Shown: piece by piece, positions 46,506 to 57,687 of the stretch | How the letters are laid out: every line of letters starts with the position of its first letter | How positions within the stretch are numbered: position 1 is the first letter of the stretch | Origin: Candidatus Bathyarchaeota archaeon | GTDB lineage: Archaea; Thermoproteota; Bathyarchaeia; Bathyarchaeales; Bathycorpusculaceae | NCBI GenBank assembly: GCA_963806535.1 | Contig: CAWDYC010000009.1 | Span: forward strand, 11,577 to 75,576 | Direction of reading: 5' to 3' | DNA: 64,000 nucleotides | The notes under the pieces: generated by a model | Database searches by the model: none | Told to the model about the DNA's origin: nothing | Seen by the model: only the letters and a program-made list of their open reading frames with translations | Position numbers and translations under genes: made by a program

Positions 46506-47411
46506 ATGCAGAAGTCTTATTCACGTTTACTTGGCGTAGTTGGAAAGCCAAATACGGGTAAATCCACATTCTTTAGTGCAGTAACCCTCGTAGCAGCTGA
46601 AATAGCAAATTATCCTTTTACCACCATTAAACCCAATCGCGGTGTCGGTTACGTCCGAACACCATGCGTCCACGAAGAATTTAAGGTTAAAGACTACCCG
46701 AAAAACTCGCTTTGCCTCGACGGAGTAAGGCTTGTTCCTGTAGAATTAATAGATATTGCCGGTATCGTTCCTGGCGCTTGGGAAGGACGCGGCTTAGGCA
46801 ACCAATTCCTAGATGAAATACGCAGAGCCGACGCGCTTATACATGTAGTTGACGCTTCAGGTGGAACCGACTGTGAAGGAAAAAGCTGCAAGCCCGGCGA
46901 ACGTGACCCGCTGGAAGATGTAAAGTTTCTTGAACGAGAAATAACAATGTGGATGATAACAATTCTCAAGAAGGATTGGCCAAAAATCGCTCGGACAGCA
47001 GAAGCCGACAAAAAAGGCATTGCGCTCCCGCTTGAAGATCGCCTAACAGGTTTAGGCATTAGACGTCAATTAGTCGGGGAAGCCATCCGAAAAGCAAATT
47101 TAAACATAGATAAACCAACAACATGGTCTGACAACGACTTCTACCGGTTTGTTGACACTTTAAGACGAATGTCAAAACCTATGCTGATAGTTGCAAACAA
47201 GATTGATTTGCCGACCGCTGAAGCAAATTTAAAGCGCATGAAAGAGCTTGACTATATGGTTATACCGTGTTCTGCGGAAGCCGAACTTGGGCTTAGAAGA
47301 GCTGCCGAAAAACAATTAATCGATTACAAACCAGGTGACGGCGACTTCAAAATAACGCATCCAGAAAAACTATCCCCGGGACAAATTAAAGCTTCTAGAA
47401 TCTATACGTGA
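46506..47411 (+). CDS. Obg/YchF-class GTPase, G-domain fragment
   Basis: G1 GKPNTGKST, YPFTTIKPNRG, G3 DIAGIVPGA, and G4 NKID. The frame is lost near 47380. Confidence 0.8.
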   Translation: MQKSYSRLLGVVGKPNTGKSTFFSAVTLVAAEIANYPFTTIKPNRGVGYVRTPCVHEEFKVKDYPKNSLCLDGVRLVPVELIDIAGIVPGAWEGRGLGNQFLDEIRRADALIHVVDASGGTDCEGKSCKPGERDPLEDVKFLEREITMWMITILKKDWPKIARTAEADKKGIALPLEDRLTGLGIRRQLVGEAIRKANLNIDKPTTWSDNDFYRFVDTLRRMSKPMLIVANKIDLPTAEANLKRMKELDYMVIPCSAEAELGLRRAAEKQLIDYKPGDGDFKITHPEKLSPGQIKASRIYT

Positions 47412-47415
47412 AAAA

Positions 47416-47730
47416 GTGCTCGCTAAAAACGGGTCAACAGGTATCCAAAACGCTATGAACATTGCATACTTTAAACTCCTAAACATGATAACAGTTTATC
47501 CAGTAGAAGATTTAGAACATCTGTCAGACCACAACGGAAGAGTGTTACCAGATACTTACCTCGTGCCGCAAGGAACAACTGCAAGACAATTCGCCTACGT
47601 AATTCACAGCGAACTTGGCGATAACTTCATTTATGCCGTAGATGCAAGAGACAAAAGAAGAATTGGTGAGGACGCCATCTTAAAGGACCGAGATGTCATT
47701 TCGATAGTTAGCGCCAAAAAACGTGCTTGA
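47416..47730 (+). CDS. Same GTPase, C-terminal TGS-domain fragment
   Basis: VYPVED...LPDTYLVPQGTTARQFAYVIHSELGDNFIYAVDARDKRRIGEDAILKDRDVISIV is TGS-like. The frame is open upstream to about 47375 (DKLKLLESIREKV). Confidence 0.75.
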   Translation: MLAKNGSTGIQNAMNIAYFKLLNMITVYPVEDLEHLSDHNGRVLPDTYLVPQGTTARQFAYVIHSELGDNFIYAVDARDKRRIGEDAILKDRDVISIVSAKKRA

Positions 47731-47874
47731 GATAATTTAGTTTTACATTTATACCGTTGAATTACGCGATAAATAACGCTTTCAATTAATTTCTGTTTTC
47801 CTATTATTTGAAAGGATAATATGCATATTAATATTGACGGATAATATGCAATGAGAACGATTTACTTTTGGTTT

Positions 47875-48138
47875 TTAAGGGACACTCGTAATAAGCATAA
47901 CGGCTACTCGGACAGAGACCGTAATTAGAAATAGTATCCCAGCAACTACCGCAACCGTACGAATTTTCTTCTTGCTAATTGTTAGATTTGTTAAACCGCA
48001 ATAGGGTGAAGTCAGAGAAGCACTAATTAGAAGCACGATTGAACCAATGGCGAGTAACAAACTTAAATCATTAAAGTTCAAAAGTGGAATCTGCACGGAG
48101 TATTCCTCATTAAGTGATATTTTGCTGGTTATGGTCAA
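47875..48138 (-). CDS. Hypothetical small membrane protein (2 TM)
   Basis: 87-aa ORF with two hydrophobic helices. Confidence 0.4.
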   Translation of the reverse strand: MTITSKISLNEEYSVQIPLLNFNDLSLLLAIGSIVLLISASLTSPYCGLTNLTISKKKIRTVAVVAGILFLITVSVRVAVMLITSVP

Positions 48139-48554
48139 TCAATTATATCTGGTTTCTTCCAACCCGCCATTTTTTCTGGGCGGATTCAAGTCCGCTGATA
48201 TGTAGTTTAACTATTTTTTCCGTCTACCCCCGACTTTCGAATATTAGTCACATTTATGAATTTTTAACTTTCGAAATGGCAGGCATTTATGTTTTGTATA
48301 TGAGTTCTGACATTTGTGTAGCTAGAGTTGCCAATAATATTGTCAATAGTATTTATAACTAAATAACGTTTATTAATACTCAATAAAACTGATATTTACT
48401 GGTGTTCTTAGAGATTGGTCAAGCAAAATTACTCCAACAAAGAAAAATACAGTGAAGTTTTTGCGTCTTTGCCAATTATTGAAAACAAAATCATCCACAA
48501 AAAAGTTGCAACGAATTTCATTCAAAAGTCCTATATGAAACAAGAGGTAAATGC

Positions 48555-49814
48555 TTGACAAAGGTCAAAGTGTATGCTTTGACAGGCATTTGTTTTCTTT
48601 TGTTAATCTGCACTTTTTTTCCCATTGAGGTTTCAGGGCAAACAGAGGCAAATCGAAATAGCGTTCGATTGTTCGCAAGTGGAAATATTCAGCAAACAGA
48701 TAAGACCACATTAGAATCTCATGTTAAAGAAAGTTTCAGTTCTCTTAATAAAACATCTACTTATTGTATCGAAAAATTTGAGGGCTATACCTGCTGGGGC
48801 GATGGATTAACAAGCAAACTTATTGACTATAGCAACAATGATACGTATATAGCTTCAAATGCGTTTGGTAATTGTTCAAGTGGCAATATACTTTTCAAAA
48901 ACGGAGAATATGTTTTTGACCAAACGTTGTTTTTGCACAGCGACTTGAGGATAGAAGGCGAAGGTCCGACAACAATATTGCGATGGAATGTTGCAGTTCA
49001 CGGATTACTAGCAGTTGGCCATATTGGCGATGAGATAACAAACGTAACTGTTGAAAATCTTACAATTACTGCACCTAGATTTAGCCACATAGATCAAAAC
49101 TCAGCAAACGGTATCTATTTTTACGCCGTAAATGATAGCTACATAAATAATGTAGATGTAATTGGAACATCATGCAGCAATATAAGGCTAAACAATTGTT
49201 TCAGAGTCAATATTGCAAGATGCCAAATTCAAAACGGAAATATAGGTATTCTAAATGTTGAAAGTCTCAATTCAACTATAGAGAATAACACAATAAGTTC
49301 ACAAATTGGTCACGGGATAGACAATAATAAAGCTGTCAATGCGGATATAAAAGGAAATTATGTGATTAGTGGAAGGGGTGGTATTAGTTTCGATGATAGC
49401 TGTAACATAACAATTGAGAACAATACTGTTTCAAATTGTGACGAAGTGGGTATAACTGGAACTAAGTATGATAACACTCGTTTTGGCTCCAAATTCTTCA
49501 CAATAGTTGGAAATCAAATATCAAACATTGGTTTCTATAATGGAACCGACGGGCACGGGATAAGAATAGTCAATTCAAGCTATGGCTTAATTGAGAATAA
49601 TACAGTTGAATTTTGTGCTGCTTCCGGAATGAGCTTAGAAAACCACAGCACAAAAAATGTTTTGAGAACTAATACTTGTAAAAATAATACTGACTTTGGC
49701 ATATATATAGCAAGTCAAGATGTTACTTTTTCTTTAGTTTTGCACAATCAATTGACAAATAATTACAAAGAAAATTTTCTTGACAACGGTTTACATACAA
49801 TGTTCGTTAAATAG
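48555..49814 (+). CDS. Secreted right-handed parallel beta-helix repeat protein (NosD/pectate-lyase-like)
   Basis: N-terminal signal or TM segment, then repeated xNNxIxxxxxxGI units (IENNTISSQIGHGID, IENNTVSNCDEVGIT, IENNTVEFCAASGMS). Confidence 0.75.
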   Translation: MTKVKVYALTGICFLLLICTFFPIEVSGQTEANRNSVRLFASGNIQQTDKTTLESHVKESFSSLNKTSTYCIEKFEGYTCWGDGLTSKLIDYSNNDTYIASNAFGNCSSGNILFKNGEYVFDQTLFLHSDLRIEGEGPTTILRWNVAVHGLLAVGHIGDEITNVTVENLTITAPRFSHIDQNSANGIYFYAVNDSYINNVDVIGTSCSNIRLNNCFRVNIARCQIQNGNIGILNVESLNSTIENNTISSQIGHGIDNNKAVNADIKGNYVISGRGGISFDDSCNITIENNTVSNCDEVGITGTKYDNTRFGSKFFTIVGNQISNIGFYNGTDGHGIRIVNSSYGLIENNTVEFCAASGMSLENHSTKNVLRTNTCKNNTDFGIYIASQDVTFSLVLHNQLTNNYKENFLDNGLHTMFVK

Positions 49815-49838
49815 AGAAAGTTTATTGAAGATCTAGGT

Positions 49839-51989
49839 TTAAGGAGAAAAGTATTTCGCAGAATCGTATATTTGAGCATTGCCATCATCGAATATTTTGT
49901 CGCTTGATTGTAATACTATGTTTAATGTTAAATTTTGAATAGGGGCGTTTGTAGTCATAATTCGGCTAGCTGGAGCAAAGTCAGGATTCATTAATCTAAC
50001 AGTTCCATTTTTAATATTTTCTTGGCCTAAGAAAATGTAGCAATTTGAGAGATCGTTAATTATTTGATTTTTTCCCTCAAAAGCAAGGAAGCTTCCTGTC
50101 ATCATCATCAATAAGTGTGCACCATTTAGATCTGCATACGTAGGCAAATATGCGTTACCATAAGTGCCAATCCAAATACTTGCCTGAACTTCGGTCTCAG
50201 TGAAATGTGGTTGCCAGGCATCAGTAAAAGAAATTGGAACATTAATTGGTTGATGCGCAATTTCATAAATAAGACCAGAATTAATTAAGAGAAAAACTAA
50301 AAGAAAGATGGCTAGAATCTTTGGCGATAGATCATGTGAATCGATCTTTGCTCCTCTGAAAAGCCTGTGAGTAAAATTAAGTATCTTATTTATTAATAGA
50401 AGACCACCTGTGGAAAAGTATAATGATAGAAAAATTAGATTAAGATCATATAGCCGATCGGTGTTTATTGTTGAGGAAAAATAAGGAACCAACAAACCAG
50501 TTAAACTAATCGCGAAACTCCCAAGTGAAATGGCAAGAAACTCGCCGTTAATCTTGTTCTCACGTTTTTTCTGCCAGATTAAAACATAAACAATTCCAAC
50601 TGAAATAAACACTACCGAAAGCAAGTTGATGAATTTTGTAAGCTCATGCAAAGGCACTGTCGTTGGTTTCGATAATAATAGCAAGCCTTGTGAGTATCCA
50701 GTGCATGAAAAGATTTGGAAAATACTACTCGCCGTCGTCTTCCCGATAGTAACTAGATTCTGCAAAATTGAACCGCTTGAAAACGAATAAGCCCAAACTA
50801 GTGTAATGATAGCAAACAGCATTACAAAAATCTCGTTGATTACTTTGCCACTAGTGTGTCTCACTTTGTTTTTTAGGAACAATGAGCTTACAAGTGAACC
50901 TACCGCTATGAGGAGAAAAATAGACGAAAGCGCATAATGCGAAATAATTAAACCGACAGAAAAAACAATGGATAATGCAAGGCTAGTTCGGTCAAACTTG
51001 TTTCTAACGACTATTAAAAGAAGTAAAACAAGAAACATAGCCGCAATCTGGAAACGTGCCAAACCCAATGTTATTGTGTAAAATGTGGAGATGGCCATAA
51101 AGAGGAAAACGGAAAAAACAGCATTTCTTGATCCAATCTGTCTTTTAACAACTTCGTACAATCCTAAAGGAACTAACGAAAATAGTGCTGTATAGAAAAT
51201 TTTGAAAACCCAAGTTAAATCTAATTTGCTTGCCTCTGCAAACAATGGGGCAAGTATCACTATTCCAGGCATTGCGTTGTAATTAATTGGTATAGCCGAA
51301 TTCCAAAATGAGTTTTTCAACACCAGACTTGCAAAGTAGTATTCCCAAGAACTATCCCCCCACTCGACCAAATAGTTTGAAATTAAAGAATTATGAAACA
51401 ATAGAGCAAGCGCAATTGTAACTATCGCCAGTGGATACAAATTTTTGGGAATTTTTTTGAATCCGACAAGGACTGGAACAATCGAGATAAGAACAATCAA
51501 CAGCATGAGAACAAAGTTGCTTTTGTAAACATTCATTATTAAAGCGCCAATGATACTTATCACGGGGAGAGATAACAAGAAAGAAATCATTTTCCAGTCA
51601 AATTTTGGAATTTTCAGGGATAGAAAGCTTTTTGAGGCTTTTTTCGCTTTCTCTCTGAAATAGACAAGGATACAAGAACCGAAAACAACAAATGTTAATA
51701 CGCCAATAAAAGGAATTAAAGTCAGTGGTTTGGATATAATTGGGTATAATGAGTTTAAAATAATGCCAGTGAATAGCGCCGTAGCAATGCTCAAACCCAC
51801 TGAAAATAGTATGATCTCAGTTTTGGTTAATTCCGAAAATTTTAAGGCTCTAAGAATTGACCGCCCAGGAATAAACGAAATGTAAACGAAAACTATAACT
51901 GGTCGGAGGATCGGAATGTCAAAGAAAATAGCTATCAAAGCAGCTATTTGAATGGCACTTATAGCTATTAAGAATTCTTTGGTTTCCAA
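49839..51989 (-). CDS. Large polytopic membrane protein, GT-C / DUF2206-like putative glycosyltransferase or polymerase
   Basis: 716 aa with more than 12 TM segments, followed by a soluble C-terminal domain. Lies in a glycosylation context. Confidence 0.7.
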   Translation of the reverse strand: METKEFLIAISAIQIAALIAIFFDIPILRPVIVFVYISFIPGRSILRALKFSELTKTEIILFSVGLSIATALFTGIILNSLYPIISKPLTLIPFIGVLTFVVFGSCILVYFREKAKKASKSFLSLKIPKFDWKMISFLLSLPVISIIGALIMNVYKSNFVLMLLIVLISIVPVLVGFKKIPKNLYPLAIVTIALALLFHNSLISNYLVEWGDSSWEYYFASLVLKNSFWNSAIPINYNAMPGIVILAPLFAEASKLDLTWVFKIFYTALFSLVPLGLYEVVKRQIGSRNAVFSVFLFMAISTFYTITLGLARFQIAAMFLVLLLLIVVRNKFDRTSLALSIVFSVGLIISHYALSSIFLLIAVGSLVSSLFLKNKVRHTSGKVINEIFVMLFAIITLVWAYSFSSGSILQNLVTIGKTTASSIFQIFSCTGYSQGLLLLSKPTTVPLHELTKFINLLSVVFISVGIVYVLIWQKKRENKINGEFLAISLGSFAISLTGLLVPYFSSTINTDRLYDLNLIFLSLYFSTGGLLLINKILNFTHRLFRGAKIDSHDLSPKILAIFLLVFLLINSGLIYEIAHQPINVPISFTDAWQPHFTETEVQASIWIGTYGNAYLPTYADLNGAHLLMMMTGSFLAFEGKNQIINDLSNCYIFLGQENIKNGTVRLMNPDFAPASRIMTTNAPIQNLTLNIVLQSSDKIFDDGNAQIYDSAKYFSP

Positions 51990-52027
51990 GTCATCACTTA
52001 CAATTTTGGTTTTTGTTCTTCAAAGTT

Positions 52028-52969
52028 TCAGGAAGAAAATAGAAAAACATAAGCCAGAAGTTTTGCGGCCAGAAAGTTTATGAGTGAAACTTTTACGCGT
52101 CTTGTTTTATGTGATACACTGTTAGATCCTTTCAGGACCGGTTCTTTTTGCAGAATAAGCACTCCACGCAAGTATTTAATTGCAACGTCAATCATTAGTT
52201 TAAGGTCATACAGGGTTAAACTCTTTAGAAGTTGTAAACCATAAAAATGTCTTGCAACGAATTTCACGCGACTCTTTTGTGCGAGGTAACTATGTTTCAA
52301 AGAGTTTTTTCCGAAGGATACCGACCCGAAATGATACACAATAGCCCTTGGTGCAATTATGATTTTGTAGCCTGCTTCTTTCACTCTGAAACAAAGGTCA
52401 GTATCCTCGTAGTAAGTGTAGGCGGGATCTAAAAGTCCTATTTTTTCCATTATTGGTCGTTTTATTGCCAATGCAGTTCCAGCAACGTAATCTACTTCAT
52501 CGATTTCATCATACTGACCATTATCTTCCTCTGTTCCACCTATAGGAAGAGTGTAACCAGCAGGGTGAACATTAAATCCAATACTTTGAATTATTTTTGT
52601 GTTAGGATAATATATTTTACAGCCTACAACACCTACTTCATTGCTTTCCATAGCCTTCATAATTTCTTCCAACCAATTCTTATCAACGTAAGTATCTTGA
52701 TTTAGAAGCACAATAATATCACCCTTAGACTTCTCAGCCGCAAAATTATTGCCCAAGCTAAAACCAAGATTTACGCTACTTTCTATCAAGGTTACACTCG
52801 GGAAAATATCTTTAACCAGTTGTTGACTTCCATCGTTGCTTTTGTTATCAAAGACTATGACTTCCAGTAAAGGATAACTTGTTTTCAGCACACTATTTAG
52901 GCATTCTCGAACATATTCCTTGCCATTATAACTTAAGATAATTATCGAAATGAGTGGGAATCTCTTCAT
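52028..52969 (-). CDS. Glycosyltransferase family 2
   Basis: ISIIILSYNG, VFDNKSNDGS, LLNQDT, and YYEDTDLCFR. Confidence 0.85.
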   Translation of the reverse strand: MKRFPLISIIILSYNGKEYVRECLNSVLKTSYPLLEVIVFDNKSNDGSQQLVKDIFPSVTLIESSVNLGFSLGNNFAAEKSKGDIIVLLNQDTYVDKNWLEEIMKAMESNEVGVVGCKIYYPNTKIIQSIGFNVHPAGYTLPIGGTEEDNGQYDEIDEVDYVAGTALAIKRPIMEKIGLLDPAYTYYEDTDLCFRVKEAGYKIIIAPRAIVYHFGSVSFGKNSLKHSYLAQKSRVKFVARHFYGLQLLKSLTLYDLKLMIDVAIKYLRGVLILQKEPVLKGSNSVSHKTRRVKVSLINFLAAKLLAYVFLFSS

Positions 52970-53739
52970 ATTATCCGCCTTTTGTTAGTTTTTTAGACTT
53001 TCTTAGGATACTCATAGGATTATTTAATGAGAACTTTAAGGTAAGCTCTTATATTTCCAATTTAATGTGCCGAAAAATTTTCCCAGTTTTTGAAATAATC
53101 TTAATTTCCGGATTCTGAAATCGGCTGCTTCGACGCTTCAAAAACAATCATTTGTTTAAGGAAGCTAAGAAATTCGATTTTGTCAAGTAACTTTCTCGAA
53201 TAATATCCAAACAGGGACAAAACAATGCAATATTTTTGAATTTGGACTATTGATTCTCCATTCGCTGTCTAATGGCGTATCTGGGTACATCAAAATGTTT
53301 GGAGTTAACATAGTTTTCTTGAACAAACGAACGATATACCATGGAGTCAGTCTTGAATGCCTTTGGTAATGCACTCCCACATACTTGACAAAAGGTTTGG
53401 CTTGGAATGCTGGACATTGTATCCAGAAATATCAGTGGGTTTAATTGATTAGTTGTACAACCAAAAAACATTCTACAACATATCGATAATCAACAAATTT
53501 GTAGGACGAAAAGTGTCTATAATGAGCGAATTTCCGTCCATTAATTTATATCTAGCATCTTCTATATTACTCCGTGACAGCATATTGATAAATATTTTCA
53601 TAAAAAATTTATGTTACAAATATTGGATTATTTTCAAGAATTTTATGTTAATGCATACCTTTGTTAATATTCAATCTGAATTCTCATTTTTCGCGTTATT
53701 TCTTGGCAAAAATGATTAGTTCTTGCGAATGCTAGTTTT

Positions 53740-54966
53740 CTAATTATTGGTTTGTGCGTTAAATATTGCATGTTCATAAACTTTCTCAATTTTCGAAACT
53801 ATTTTATCCCAATCATAGTTTTTGAAAATAAACGTACGACCTCTTGTGCCCATTTCTTTCTGCAATTTTTCATCTTCCAACAAAAAGTGCAAGGTGTTCG
53901 AAAGTTCTTCAACATCTGAATGTTTTACTGCAAAACCGAATTTTCCTTCCAAAATTATTTTGCTAATTGCGTTGTCTTTGCTAACTATTACGGGAGTTGA
54001 GCAAGCTGCAGCTTCAAGAGGCACTAACCCAAACACATTTCTTGGCTCAACATTAACGACAACAGACGAATCTACAAAGGCTGAAATCTTTTCCTTTTTT
54101 GACAGCCCTCCTGTCAGAAGCACTTTATCTGCAAGTCTAAATGCATTAACTAGATTTTTCAATTCATCTAAATACCCATCGTCTTTTCCGGAGATGACAA
54201 GCAAAGTATCACGAAAATCTTCTTTTCCGCAAATAGTAGCAAACGCATTAATCAAAAAATCGATACCCTTGCTTTTGGTTATTCTACCAATATACAAAAT
54301 CAATTTTTTGTTAATCGGGATGCTATATTTTTGTTTGAATACACCCTTAGATGGCAAATTAAAATAATCGGATAAATCAACTCCATTAGGAATAATTTCA
54401 ATTGCTTTGCTGTCTACCCCTAAATCAAGGTATTGTTTAGCTTCTAAAGAGCTTAAAGCGATAACCTTTGAAGAATTTTTAATTACTTTACGCGCGAAAC
54501 TCCAGTCTAAGATGCCTTTTGAAACAATTCTTGTCGTTTCGTCACTAGTCTTAACAAAAGATCCGTGAGCGTGGACAACGTAAGGAATACCAAATTTTTT
54601 AGCGAAATAACTGATTATTATTCCTTGAAATGATCGAGGATCATGAATGTGTATTATGTCATAGTTCTTAAGAGATTTTATGGTGGAAGATATTACGGTT
54701 GGGGTAACAAAAAAAGTGTAATAATGAAATAAATAGGGAAAATAGTATACTTTCAAACCATCAATAAATAACGACTTGCGAAAACCTATTTTAGTAACTG
54801 GAGCATTAACTGCGGCTTCGTGTTCCAAAACGTAAGAAGTATATACATCTACAGTGTGCCCACGCTTTACTAGTTGATTGCCTATATTGTAAACAACTTG
54901 GGTTACACCTCCTCCGAAAGAAGAAGGATCCGGAGGGAATAATGGGCATACATGTAACACTCTCAT
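53740..54966 (-). CDS. Glycosyltransferase family 4
   Basis: MRVLHVCPLFPPDPSSFGGGV, IIHIHD, GRITKSKG, and the EPRNVFGLVPLEAAACSTPVI E-x7-E region. ATG 54966 is preferred. Confidence 0.85.
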   Translation of the reverse strand: MRVLHVCPLFPPDPSSFGGGVTQVVYNIGNQLVKRGHTVDVYTSYVLEHEAAVNAPVTKIGFRKSLFIDGLKVYYFPYLFHYYTFFVTPTVISSTIKSLKNYDIIHIHDPRSFQGIIISYFAKKFGIPYVVHAHGSFVKTSDETTRIVSKGILDWSFARKVIKNSSKVIALSSLEAKQYLDLGVDSKAIEIIPNGVDLSDYFNLPSKGVFKQKYSIPINKKLILYIGRITKSKGIDFLINAFATICGKEDFRDTLLVISGKDDGYLDELKNLVNAFRLADKVLLTGGLSKKEKISAFVDSSVVVNVEPRNVFGLVPLEAAACSTPVIVSKDNAISKIILEGKFGFAVKHSDVEELSNTLHFLLEDEKLQKEMGTRGRTFIFKNYDWDKIVSKIEKVYEHAIFNAQTNN

Positions 54967-55125
54967 TTTACAACGCACATCCGAGAAATATTGAATCATA
55001 AGATTGTAAATGCTTGATTAAACTCGTGAATTACCTTTTTGCTTTGAAGTTCTGCGGGAGCTTAAAATGCATATTAGGGAGTTCATCGAAACTCAACTGT
55101 CTGTTTTGTCCATCCTCGGAAAATA

Positions 55126-56483
55126 TTATTGATACATCATCGAAATTATTGGATGCATCCTAATAGAGGTATGGAACATAACTTTCAATTCCCATAGCTT
55201 GGCCCCAACCTTGTCTACCAGTAAAGGGTCCATACTACAAATGATAGTTCCACAATGTTTTTGATTGGGAGCTAACGGACCATCCCCTTCGCCACCAAGA
55301 ATACCGTCAACAACTGCAAAGACTTTCCGTTGAGGCACATCTCGAATGTTACCAGCACTATCAGCGTAAATAGAGATTTTACTTACATCTTGAACGGCAC
55401 GCCAAATGGATTATTTCCATACCAATGACCGCTGTGTATTAAATTTGGTTTACTTGAAATAGGTACTGCACCGCCCAAATTACGTTGACCGCCACACGAC
55501 TTAACAAATAGTCTATACGAGTTAGTTCCTGTATTGCGGCTTAGTAACAGATCTTCATACATTCGGTTGAACCTTCGAAGAAAAAAATCTTTTGTTTTGG
55601 CTTTGTCAGGAAACTCGTCGCCTCCTCTCGGAGGCGGGCCAACTCTGTAATGCACAAGTGAATTTTTTGCACCTATTATTCCCACCATGTTTTTTTGGGC
55701 TAATGTAATGCCTGATTTCATATGTGTTTTAAGTTTGGGTATACTAATTATTACATCCGATTCTAAAACTGTTTTTGATATTACGTATATATGATGATTT
55801 TCATTATGATAAATTTTTGTTTCCTGTCTATTATAATGAGCTCCATAGAATTTATCGCAATAAGTATCCAGTTCAGCTACTTTGCTGCCTTTTCCAAGAT
55901 CTACTTCAGCATCCCTTTAGAATCCCCTGCCAAAGGCGTTTTTGCCATAACGACTCCATTAGTGAGAGCAACTTTATATTTTCGTAGATCCCTTAACTCG
56001 ATAGGAACTGAAAATTTGTTAACTATATAGTCTACTAATTCCTGCAGACCAGTCAAATTTGTTATTGTTGCAAAATTTGCTTCGCTCTGCGGGGTGTCAG
56101 CAACGACAATTTTACCTGATTCACCAGTGGCTTTGAAAACATAGTCAATCATTGCTCTTACGATGGATGCGTGTACTATCACTGCGAAAATTGATTCGCC
56201 AGAATTGTTCTTATCATAAACCAAATTAGGTTTAATGAGAACTTTATCGCCTTTATTTATTAACTTTGATAAAGGTGACTAATTCGCGATGCCATAGTTT
56301 TTCAAATCTAGTATTTAAAAGCCTGAGCGAATTTCTGATAGCAGAATAAACCAAATTATTATCATCAAATTTATCCGCGAATGGAGATTCAGGATATTTT
56401 TTCGGTGGATTAAAAGGTATTTGATTTGGGTAATGCAACTTTCTATCTTTGAAAATCGCAATTGAATTTGTCGCTTTTTCCAT
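55126..56483 (-). pseudogene. DUF362-domain protein, broken into at least 4 frame fragments
   Basis: The fragments 56253..56483, 55901..56224, 55383..55721 and 55126..55338 read colinearly as one DUF362-like protein (GDKVLIKPNLV..., IISIPKLKTHMKSGITLAQKNMVG..., AVVDGILGGEGDGP). Confidence 0.6.
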
Positions 56484-56534
56484 TCAATACCCTCCTATCT
56501 TGGTTTCTAGACACTTTATTAAGTGAACTGTTGG

Positions 56535-57623
56535 TCATAATGTGTCTAAATAATTAAGTAATCTTGAACTGAGCAATAATTCGTTCGATAAACTCCCTTT
56601 AAATAATGATACCCAATTCAATTTAATTAAGAGAAGAACTTTTTTAATTACTGCAGAATTAATCACTATATTGTTAGTTTCTACAGTGTCATACGCAAAA
56701 TTTGTCCTAAAAATTAGTTGCATTTGATAATTTTTATCCATATAAATTGGAATTAATGAATAAGAAAGTTGACCATCCTCCCGTATTTTGATTTGTATTA
56801 TAGCTGAAAGCTTCGTAAGGCTAAACAACTTTGCAGGCATTTTTAGAGGGTACAACATTGGATCAAATATGAAATTGCCCAAGCTGTACGCAATTATTTT
56901 ATTTCGATAAATTTCTACAGGTTGCAAAACGTGAGGATGATGTCCTATGATGATATCAGCTCCACGGTCAATAGAAAACCGAGCTATTGATTTCTGGAAG
57001 TGAGTGGGAATCGAAGAAAATTCGCGGCCGAAGTGAAGGGAAACAATAACTGTATCAGCTTGTTTTTTCAAGGAAACAATATCTTGTTTTAATAGAAATT
57101 TCCAAATTGGTGCGCACCCACATTCTTTTCTAGTTGCCTCATACGTGAACGAATAAGCTAAAAAGCCTAATTTTCTTGACTTAATATTTAGTAGAACAGG
57201 TTTTCTAGCTATCGATAAATTTTCTCCGGCGCCGACATAATAAAGTCCAGAGTTAGTCAGAATTTCTCTTGTCTCAGCCAAACCCTGTCGTCCATAGTCA
57301 ATAATGTGGTTATTAGCCAGAGAAACGATATCCATTGGCATTTTTTTTAGTAAAGATGCAGTCTTCAATTCCGATTTAAGAAATACCCTTTTTCCGTTTG
57401 AATCGTCAAAAAGTTTTGAATAATGACAATTATTCTTTTGAATTGAAGAAGTTATAGGGGTTTCGAGGTTTCCAAATCTTAAATCGGCTTTCGATAGAAT
57501 TGAACTAACATTTTCAAGCGGATGTTTAGGTCGCAAAAAGCAATCACATATTCTCTTTGTAAGTGCAATATCGCCGACTGCCATAATTGTCAGTTCTGTC
57601 AATTTCATCGCCTTTGAAAACAA
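56535..57623 (-). CDS. CapA-family (PGA_cap) metallophosphatase-like capsule synthesis protein
   Basis: IMAVGDIAL, GNLETPI, SLANNHIIDYG, IVSLHFGREF, and IIGHHPHVLQP. Confidence 0.8.
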   Translation of the reverse strand: MFSKAMKLTELTIMAVGDIALTKRICDCFLRPKHPLENVSSILSKADLRFGNLETPITSSIQKNNCHYSKLFDDSNGKRVFLKSELKTASLLKKMPMDIVSLANNHIIDYGRQGLAETREILTNSGLYYVGAGENLSIARKPVLLNIKSRKLGFLAYSFTYEATRKECGCAPIWKFLLKQDIVSLKKQADTVIVSLHFGREFSSIPTHFQKSIARFSIDRGADIIIGHHPHVLQPVEIYRNKIIAYSLGNFIFDPMLYPLKMPAKLFSLTKLSAIIQIKIREDGQLSYSLIPIYMDKNYQMQLIFRTNFAYDTVETNNIVINSAVIKKVLLLIKLNWVSLFKGSLSNELLLSSRLLNYLDTL

Positions 57624-57687
57624 TACTATTAAGATTATTATTTAGATGGGGTTTAATTCAATTAAAGTTAATTTTTAGAGCACTATT

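Noticed and set aside
47814-47850. 12-bp direct repeat GGATAATATGCA x2, 25 bp apart, between convergent genes
   Set aside because: It is a single short duplication in AT-rich intergenic DNA, consistent with chance or terminator-region sequence, with nothing further to support function.
52970-53739. ORFs 53183..53380 and 53247..53471 (minus) and 53453..53719 (plus) between the GT2 and GT4 genes
   Set aside because: They are short, overlapping and low complexity, and I recognise no family. They may be remnants of a decayed gene, but I cannot support a call.
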